A DNA stretch of 64,000 nt, from assembly GCA_951406725.2 (NCBI GenBank), contig OX597814.1, forward strand, positions 103,044,001 through 103,108,000, in the 5' to 3' direction. Below the pieces are notes generated by a model. The model ran no database searches, was not told where the DNA came from, and saw only the letters and a program-made list of their open reading frames with translations. Origin of the DNA: Octopus vulgaris. Its lineage: Eukaryota. A program made the translations under genes and the position numbers. This document shows, piece by piece, positions 34,440-44,741 of this stretch (positions are counted from its first letter, which is position 1; every line of letters starts with the position of its first letter).

Positions 34440-35764
34440 ACGTCCCTGATAATATTGCTTTACGTGAAATTTCGTTATACGAAATTTACAAAATATTAAA
34501 AGTTAATGGGAAAATAAATTTGACGTAACAGTAAGATTGAATGTAAACATTTCCGTAACGCGGTGCACTTTATTATTTTTATTTATTTATTTCAAGAAAT
34601 AGCATTAATTAGCTAAGGTAACATTTATAATAGCAGTCGCCTAAACTTCTATTTTATCAATCTTTGCGATGAGATTTCAACTCGGAACCAGAGAAAATAG
34701 ATTCTATAGGGTCTTTGCAGATCGCCAATGGAGATTGTTTGAAATATAGGGGACATGTTCTTTTTTTTTCTTTTGTTGTTTTTTTTCAAAACCATTTTTC
34801 CTCAACTTTCATTGTGACTGAGGTTGCTAAGAAAATATCTAGCTAATTTTCGATGCTTTGTGTCTCAATTATTGGAGAATAGAGTCGTGGCTTACAGTTT
34901 TCTAAATTACTGGTTGACAGTGAGTCTGTAATCATTTTTGTGTAACGCGCTTTTTTTTTCCGATGTTTATATAATTCCATGGTATACAACAACAGACACA
35001 TCCAATGTGTGCAATGGGTATCCGCACATTTCTGACTTCTGAATTCCCCTCAAAAGGTTCAGCCAGTCCATCTCGAGTGTTGCGCAACAGGATCGAATAT
35101 CGAACCCGAGACCGCGGTATTGCGAAATGTGTTTATTAATCTCAGCCACTTTGGTTTTTCACAGCTTCATTCTTTATCAACTAATCTTAATAAAGAAAGA
35201 AAGAAAAAAGGACGAACGATTTCAAACTGTTATAAACTTGTTACAATAAATCTATTCTCGAAGTAATTTCTCTTGAAGCGTGTTCCCATTAAAGTTCCCT
35301 CTTAGACACATTTCTGTAGCTTCTTCCATTGTTGGCGCCAAACTGTTTACCGACAATTTATTTAATCATTCACAATGGTTTACATGCTGGGAAATATTTC
35401 AAAGTAATGTTTGTAAACGGTTCACACTTTGTTTTTCATAATGAATTTGTGTTTATGAACGAGTGTTTAAAAAACTATTATAGTTGGTTCTTAGATCTGC
35501 CTCGATCGAGTAAATTTATAACCAAAGGCAGTCCAGCCATGACCACCTAGTCTTCCTGTTTATGGATGACGTCATTGAATAATTTATTTTTTAAAGAACG
35601 CATATGTAATTTGGCTGCTATTTTCAGCAGGCTGAAGTACCACACATGCTCCGAGAGAAAAAGTGTATCGCAGCTTACTCTTTATCAAAGTAAACCAGAT
35701 GACTGATGTCCGTCGCTTTCTAAATTACATTCTTTATACTTTAGCTGCGAGCAACCTTCTAATA

Positions 35765-36550
35765 AACGAAGTTTCCAACTGTTTAGTTAGAAAAAAAAAT
35801 TAATCAAAGAATCTGTAAGCTAAATTGAACAGATCCGAATACGATTTTGCCTAAAATTCACGTTTCCAAAATTTTCATTTTCCCCACCCTGTCCCCAATT
35901 TCTTAATTTTTAACTTTTTTCGAATTTTTTTTAATCATCGTTGAAAAATACAGAGATTACGAATCTGGGAATTTTTAAAAACTTTTAATTTTTCTGTAAG
36001 AAGCCCTCAATAGCCCTTCCGGGGGCCCTCATCCATTCATCACCTCAGCTTTCAAAAAAAAACCCAAAAAACCTCAAATGTTTAACTTTCGATTGATGTT
36101 TCACTCATTGCGTAGAATTCTACTGAAATAGCAGACGTCAAATATATCAGACCATCACCAGAAATCCCGACACGCTAGAAGCAACAGCTAAACGACATTA
36201 TTTCTGGGCAAAACTTACCCTCTTTCAAAAAAGCTAAAAGTAAAACATTTGGAGATGATGGGTGGAGGTTGGAGCAGGGGATTTGAGTGTTTCTTTAAGA
36301 GAAATTAGAAAAAAAAAAATTCTTAAAAATTCGTAATCTCTATTTTTGTATGTAGACTGAAAAAAACCCGAAAAAAGTTAAGAATTAAAAATTTGGGCTA
36401 GGGAGGGTTAGGGTTATTAACATTTTGAAAACGTGTTTTGGGGGGCAAAATCCTAATCCCCAATTTGGAAAACAGGAACTCGGATCTTTTCCCTTTGAAC
36501 GGCAGATTGAGAAATTAATTTTTGTAACTAAACACTTTCAAACTTCCGTC
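35765..36550. mobile_element. Non-autonomous DNA element (MITE) with long imperfect TIRs
   Basis: GAAGTTT..TGTTTAGTTA..AAATTAAT..GATCCGA..GATTTTGCC..CACGTTT..AGAGATTACGAAT on the left is mirrored in reverse complement at 36330-36550. Confidence 0.7.
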
Positions 36551-38989
36551 CAAAGGGCAAAGACTCATATATATATATTTTCCTCTGTCTTCCCTTCTCT
36601 GGATCTTTCCTTCTCCTATGTTTCCAACGAAGAGCTCCGCTTGAAACGTTAAACCCTCCTTCTTTCCTGAGCGTCCAATAATACTATATTTGTTCCACGT
36701 CCTCGCGTTGGGTTTTTTTGTGCTTTCTTGTTTGGATTAACTTATATATCACCACGTCAACTACAATGAAAAAGTGCGAGAAAGATATGGTATATAATTT
36801 TTTTGTATGTGTGCAGGGGTTCTTTGAGACATGTAATATATTTTAAGGGTTAGACAAGGGTAAAAAGGTTGAGAAACACTGCCCTAGAGGGACGAAAGAC
36901 CAACTCTACTCCAGCAGGATTTGAACTCGGAATGTAAAGGGAGGTAACTAGAGGTTTTATCGGCCGAGTTTCGGAAACCTTTCTCGGTTATAATATTTTA
37001 TGAAACCATTCATTAGTTTTAATAGAATTTATAATAGATCGACCCTTTTAAAGGAATAAAATATTAGGAACTTTTCGATGACGTTTCATTTAGAATTCTT
37101 ACATTTCCTCGGAATGTTTAAAATCCTTGCAAGCAGGAAGCCCGAGTTAACGGTGTAACCGTTTAAGTAGGGAACCATTCTGTTATTCTATTATTCTGCT
37201 GCCACTTGCTGTCCTCGCCACAACATTGGGAAACTTTACTCACATCGTTGGAAGGTAACACTTGATGTTAATTGAACTTTTTAATTTGGTTCTTTAAACA
37301 AAGAACTTAATTTGTATTTTAAAGGAAGAACTCAACACTTCCATTCTTCTCTGCTTTATTTTTTGTTAGGATTCTTATTAAAACCAATGGACACATGTGA
37401 ACGGTGTTTTATAACCATGTCTTATAATAAACATCTCTAATTTATCTTTCCAGCTTCATTAATTTCTATAATCTTTAATTAATTTATATAATCTTTAATT
37501 ATCCTAACATATTAAGTTTCGACAAGAATTCGCAGTGGATTATTGTAGAGTTGCTGCCTGAGATTTGTGTTTAATACAAGTTGTAAAGCATTCAATATCA
37601 ATTATAAACCATTTAACACCAGTTATAAATCATTTGTTGTTTCAGGTTCTCTGAAAATAACAAAGCTTCTATTTAAAAAATATTTATTAGGAGGTAATAT
37701 TTAGCCCCAATTATTAATTATTTATTAAGATGTCTGTTGTGGCGCTTTGGATTGAAATAATTCAAGCTTCATGATTTAATGTCTTTATAGGGATTTGTGT
37801 TGCCGAAAGATCGCCAACAGATTCGTAATTCTTTGCTTAATAACCTTTATCTGTAATTATTGTAAAATTATTGTATTTTTATTTAGTTCTAACAGCTGTC
37901 AGATTAATTAAAGTAAGGCAAATAAATTGTGATGAATCTTGTGGACATTCACAATAATTTCATCCGCAAAGATAAAAATATCTTTTAGAAAGTAATTATG
38001 TTAGTTTTATTAATGAAGATTTTGTAGTTGTTTAATAACTGTCTCTTAAGGAATCACTTCTCAGAAAACCAGTTTTATTCAGGCAGGCTTCTTGTTCTTG
38101 CAAAAAGTTAACTCGGTTCTCTGTTGAAGTTGGTTTTAATTAATACTCGATCATTTTACGACTTGTTCTACAATATATTGATGTTGAACCTTAATAAGGA
38201 TGATTATCAGAGATCATTAGAATAAAAATGGGTTTTCATGTTTATAGATAAATTGGCAAAGTGTTTCACTTTGTTCCGATAGAAAATGGAATATTTTATG
38301 TACTCTATTTGCTGTTTCATTACGGAATCTCTTCAGTTCCTTGTGTGTTACAATAAATTCCATACGAGTTATTTTGGCACATTGATTGCATTCATTACTA
38401 ATTCCGGAATGATAAGAGGAACAAGATAAGTAGCAAGGGTAAATTTTGATCGAAATTTACCGTAGCAAGAAGTACTGAACGTCTGGGAATGTGTTTGGTT
38501 CGAGCAATCTTTATTCATTTGTACAAAAAGTAGTATGTTCATAGCTCTTTAGACCTTCCTAGAGAATGAAACTGGAATAACTATTGATGCTAAACATTTA
38601 ATTTGAATTAAAGGTTAGTGACTGGCAGGAAAAGTTAGACTAGTGAGGAATTACTGTGGGGGTGACCAGATGAAGATGGATGCAAATAAGTTGGGGTGGA
38701 GTTGGTATAAAGTGGAATTTTGAGAGAGCAGAGCTCATTGCGTATAAAGGATTGAGGAAGGACTTCATTGAGAGGTAAAATGTTAGGACAAAATGGAAGT
38801 TAATTCACATAGGTTAAGTGGCATGTGTAAAACTCTGTAAATTATGGAGAAAAAATGAAAAAGGGAATCAGTAAATGATGAAATTCGAGGTATGCACTGC
38901 CCCCCCCCCCATCATACCATGTGCATAGGGTAACTGTGTTCCCCTCTTAAACTTTTTGAGACTCCACAAAGCATTCACAGTAGGTGATT

Positions 38990-39960
38990 ATGAAGCTGAG
39001 GAACTCAAACTACCATCCACCCTCTGAAGCCTCTTCATCTGATGCTTCGGTAAGGCAAGATACATTTTAGTATCTTTTGCACAGACAATATTTCCCAAAT
39101 GATTTGCTGAAATTGTAGGTGACATCACCTTCTTTTGAACTGGGAACTGGATGTAAACCTACATATGTGGAGGGGGCGGGAACTTATTGTTCCGGAACTA
39201 GAAAAAATTGACTTGAGAGTTTGGAACAATTCACTTCCCAGATATGTTTTCAACTCTTTGCACTTGTCTGATCAATCAAGGCACTACCTGCTTTCTCTGA
39301 GTACCTGATTTTCTGAAGGTTCAGTCAACACTTAACGTGTGGTAAACATTGGTGACTTGATTATCTGGATGAGCTCTGCATCTTTATTGCCCTCAAAGTT
39401 GGAACTGATGTGTGTTGGGGAATAAGGTGTTGTAGTGGTAAGCTTCTTAAATCTAGAGTATTTTTCAATTATTACTGTTGACTGAATGCATGTCGTGTTG
39501 GTTGCTATAAGATGAACTTAGTTAAATAAATCCTACCCAGGGTAAATACCTCGTTAGTTGTGAAACCTATGAGAGTGTGTAGGGTTTTAATGGGAAGAGA
39601 CCTGATCAACTCTTTGCCATCTGGCTCAGAGGCAGATACTTTACCTGAGATACCCAATGGTGACTTATTTGCTCCATCACATCCTAATGCTGCACTTGTT
39701 TTGTGCATTCAGAATGCTGAACAAAACAAGGCACTGAAATATCTAAATCTGTCAGTAAATTATGTTTTTCAACCTGTAGCTTTTGAGCCTTTGGAGAGTA
39801 TTGGACCTCTGGTAAAGAAGATTTTTACTTTGTTTTATGCCCTATCTTGCTGAAATTTGAAATGATGCTCAGGAAAGTGCCAAGCTGTTCCATTGTCTCA
39901 CCTTTGCAATCACTTGCAGTATCACTATGAATGTTTTAGGGAGTCTCTAAAATTTTTGAG
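38990..39960 (+). mobile_element. CRE/R2-like (restriction-like endonuclease) non-LTR retrotransposon fragment
   Basis: Across frameshifts: GKRPD...W.RGR..T*DT..DLFAPSH...AEQNKALKY..L...YVFQPVAFEPL, the C-terminal signature of CRE-type elements. Confidence 0.7.
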
Positions 39961-40283
39961 TAGAATGCTAATTTGCTGAGGAATATCATTCAAGGGGAAC
40001 ACCAGTTTGCCCCAAGTATATCATTTTATAGGGCAACACCTGTTTACCAAGGTATATCATCTAATTCACTAACAAATTGGTAGAATAAAAAAAAGAAGAA
40101 ACATTTGTTTTAAGTAAACCTTATCCATCTCTTTCTGGGTTGTAAATGATATTTATAAATTATTTTAAAAATATTATTCAAAATAATTTCTCTGGTGACT
40201 TTATATTAAATATTTAGAACATTATATAAACTTAATTTTTTTTGTAAACAAATTTTCTTTTTTCTTTTGCAGTAGAATGAAAC

Positions 40284-40567
40284 ATGCCAAACATTGTCCA
40301 AGTTCAAAAAACCGAAGTCTTGAAATGCAAGCTTCGTCATGCATTTCTTGCCGTACAACATTGTGCATCTGTGTGGCAGGAATGTGCTCGTCAGCAAGAA
40401 GTGCAACTTAAGGAACTTTTTAACCTATGTGAACAATACCAGTGTTGTTATGAAGCAAATGTGGAATCTTTAGAGCTCCCTGCTAGTCTGAATGAAGTAA
40501 AATCCAAGTTACTTTATGTTATTGTGGAGAAGATAGAACAAAAACTGTGTGCAGTTCAAGCCACAAT
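40284..40567 (+). CDS. C1orf109: C1orf109 coding exon 1
   Basis: Acceptor TTTTCTTTTGCAG at 40272, ATG at 40284, donor AT|GTAAGT, phase 2. Confidence 0.9.
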
Positions 40568-43500
40568 GTAAGTGTTGTGAGTTAATTACTAAGACCACAG
40601 GGGTTCAGTTTCTCATTTGACTCTAATACAAGATTTGTACATGGATGGCCATCATTTCCTCACTCTCCTACCTTTGGAAGTATTCTTTCCTTTTCCATCT
40701 TCTGCTACAATTTCCATTTGAAATGCAAATCAAATGGAAATTGTAGTTAAGATACCTGTGCTGGTGACACATTAAAAGCACCATCCGAACGTGGCAGATG
40801 CCAGCTCCGCCTGACTGATGTCCAAGTCGGTGACATGTAAAAGCACCAACCGACATGGCCGTTTGCCAGCCTCATCTGGCCCCTGTGCTGGTGGCACATA
40901 AAAAGCACCCACTACACTCACAGAGTGGTTGGTGTTAGGAAGGGCATCCAGCTGTAGAAACACTGCTAGATCAGACTGGAGCCTGGTGCAGCCTCTTGGC
41001 TTCCCAGACCCCGGTCGAACCGTCCAACCCATGCTAGCATGGAAAACGGACGTTAAACGATGATGATGATGTGTGTAGATAAGATGCATGTATAAATATG
41101 TGTGCGTGTATAATTATCATTATCAATTAACGTCTGTTATCCATGCTGGCATGGGTTGAACAGTTCAACAGCAGATGGTGAGACAGAGGATTGCACAATG
41201 CTCAAATGTCTGCTTTGGCTTGGTTTCTGCAGCTGGATGTCCTTCAGAATGCCAGTCATTTTACAGAATGTACTGGTTACGTTTTATGTACAGCCAGCAC
41301 TAGTGAGGTTAACCAAGTAACTCACGAGACCCTTCAGCTGAGGGTGGGGGAAGTAGTATTGAGATAGGTTGACAGATGTCACATGATGACAGGTTAAAGC
41401 CCCAGGCACAGGTTTCTTGCTGCTGGGGAGACATGTGGTTATAGTGAAGATGTGTCAGAGCATCAAATTACAGGAATGTTAAATTACCTTGAACAAACAG
41501 ACAACACGAAGTCGAGATACTCTTCCTGTGTAGAAAGTAATTTATTTAATGTTGGTGCTGAGACAAACTGTACTCGGTAGTAAACTGTGTAAGGTGGTTG
41601 GTAAACAAATAGGCACAGTTTAGAATAGAGACAATCCTTTAGTTTTGTTGAGGACAAGACAATCTCTCAAGTGTTGATACCATGGTAAAACATACCCAGT
41701 TGTACAGTGTTTAGTGTTAAAAAGAACATCCAGCCATACAAACCCTGTGAAGAAAAGAATGTATAAGGAAAATGTGGTTCCTGACTCATCTAGAAAGGTG
41801 GTGACTCAAATAGCAGCTGACTCAGATTATGAGGACCTATCTAACCCATGACAACCTAGAAAGTGGGCGAAAATAATGATGATGATGATGATGATGATAG
41901 AGGTGGACGTATGGAATTGGACAGTGTGAGTGAAATCTGTATGTCATGTTATGCCATTAGTTCTGATCTTGAAAAGATAATGTTTATCTTTTGGGTTTGT
42001 ACATATTTTTTTTATTAATGTTTGTATCTGAATTGGCAGACATCGATATGATAAACTTATTAACTGCATTCTATTTTATTGAAGTAATGTCTCTGTCTTT
42101 TCATTTTTAGATGTGAATTTCAAAAATCTTATGACAAAGTGAATCAAGCAAGAATCAATGCTTTTGAACAAAAACCCGACATGGTTTACTTGACTGAGAG
42201 TAGAGCCATGTCCCCAACTCTGGCTACCATGTTGGAATGGTTAGATGATACAGAAAGACAGGTTTTTGTACAATATCCTTTGTTGATTTCATTCTTTACA
42301 TTATTGATCACTTCATTTTTTTTTTAAGGAATAAATCAGCTGAATATTAATTGAATATTAGTGTCTCGGAGTGGTTGGTGTTAGGAAGGGCATCCAGCTG
42401 TAGAAACTCTGCCAGATCAAAATTGGAGCCTGGTGCAGCCATCTGGTTCGCCAGCCCTCAGTCAAAATCATCCAACCCATGCTAGCATGGAAAGCGGACG
42501 TTAAACGATGATGATGATGTCTCCCGCTGTCCACATGGAAAGCCAATTTGATGACTGATTGATTGATAAGTTAGTGAAATATATTCCAGTGGTTCTGAAA
42601 CCTGTAGAACTTTCTCCCAGGCTGGTGAAATTGATGCGTGATGAATAACCTGGCCACCTGTAGGTCAGTGTTTGCAGGAATGAGGAACATATCATTTGCT
42701 TTGATTACTTGCAATAGATTGACCTAAGCTCAAGTGATGAGGTTAAGCTGATACAAACAAGTGTGTGTGTTTCAGTTCTTAGTGCCCTCTTATTTATCTA
42801 GCCCTCCATGCCATAATAGAGGGATGAGTAGTGATACATCCACCCATCTTGGTGAAATTGAGATTCTGGAGGCTATATATATATAATTTCAGGAAACCAG
42901 TCAGTTCACCTGATGACCTATAAATCTGGTGACCATACTAGCCAGATTGACTACATTCTCATTGGAAAGAAAGATTCATGGTTGCTCATAAATGCAGAAA
43001 CTTTCCCAGGTGAAGAATGTATCTCTCAGCGTAGTGGTTTCAGACTATGGGCATGAAGGATTCCAAGAAGCAAGCCAATTTGGAAAAGGACCTGGAAGCT
43101 TAAGGCTCTTCTGAATAGCCAGGGATTTAGAGACTGAATCCTAACTGAAGCATTTATTGAGAAGGAGGTAGAGTTACAGACAGGTAACATAGAGGATAAC
43201 TGGAAGTTCCTACGAGACAACTTATCAAGAGCCACAGACCAAATTTGTGGCTGCTTGCCAAGTCCCAGCCAGACCTGGAGTGACATGGTAGTGGAAGAGT
43301 GTAGTTGGCAGGGCCATTAGAGCAAAGAAGCAGGCCTGGAAGAGTGGCAGTAGCAGGGAACTATATTGGGTAGTGAGAATAGAAGCTAGGAGGCAGGTAT
43401 ACTTAGCTAGGGGTGAAGCAGAAAGGAAGAAGTTTGCCAATGTGTTGTGGTGTGAGGATCAACAGCTTGAAGTGTTTTGATTTGCAAGACAGCGAGTCAG

Positions 43501-44678
43501 GGAAAATTGTGATGGAGAGAAATGCATTCACATGGATGATGGTTCACTTGCAGTTAGGGACTCTGCAAAGAAAGGGGCTTGGAAGTGTCACTATGAAAGG
43601 CTGCTAGATGTAGAGAATGCATGGGAGAAGGAGAGTCTGTCTAATGTGGATCTAACAGAGGGACCAGCTATCCAAATAGACCATAACGTGTTAGCTAAAT
43701 TAGATAGAGCCATGACAGATATGAAGACGGGGAAATCTTCTGCAGGAATAACTGCTGAGGTGCTTAAAATATCTGGTGGTGTGGGTTATGGTCTCGCCAC
43801 CCTTATAGTCAATCAGGTTGTATACTAGGGAGTTGTACCCAATGACTGGTGTAGCAACACCATAGTCACTGCTACAAAGGCAAGGGTGATGCCTTAGATA
43901 GAAATAATTACAGAGGTATCAAATTGTTGGATCAGGTGATAAAAGTTACGGGGAAGGTCATAGCCCAACTAATTAGGAAGAGAGTTAGTCTAGATGAGAT
44001 ACAGTTTGATTTTGTGCTGGGGAAAAGCACCACTGATGCTATATTTCTGGTAAGGCAGCTGCAGGAGAAGTACCTGGCCAAAGATAAGCATGGAGAAACA
44101 GATGTGAAAAAGATGAACATATTCAATGTTAATCTATATCCATTTCTATTTTTCTTAGTACTGGTGTAATTTTCTGGTTTCCTACAGCTATATTTGAACT
44201 GTTGTTCTTCTTATCCATAGGACTTTGCCATTTCATGAAGAGTGGATTCACTTTTGTGAAGTCTGAAACCATTTATTTCAATTTTTATTATTTTGGTTAG
44301 TGATGTATTTATTTAAAAGTATATATATATATGTGTGTGTGTGTGTGTCTATATGTATGTAAGTATATATGTATGTGTGTGTGTATATATATATATATAA
44401 TATATACATATTAGAGGGAAACCACTATGTGGACACCCTTATGCTAGAAATAAGACCATAGCGGATCTATTTCTAGCATAAGGGTGTCCACATAGTGGTT
44501 TCCCTCTAATATGTATATAATACAATTTTACTGAACCTTCAGTTTTTTATATGAGACCACTGGTGTGAAATCGATGTTAATTAAATTAATATCTAATTTC
44601 TCACCCTCATTTTAAATTTATATCTATATATATATATATATACCCATGTTAGCATGGAAAACGGACGTTAAATGATGA

Positions 44679-44741
<63 letters not shown>

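Noticed and set aside
39560-39853. 97-aa ORF just upstream of C1orf109 with a possible donor at about 39812, considered as an extra coding exon
   Set aside because: Its frames carry CRE-like retrotransposon endonuclease motifs, and C1orf109 homology already begins at 40284.
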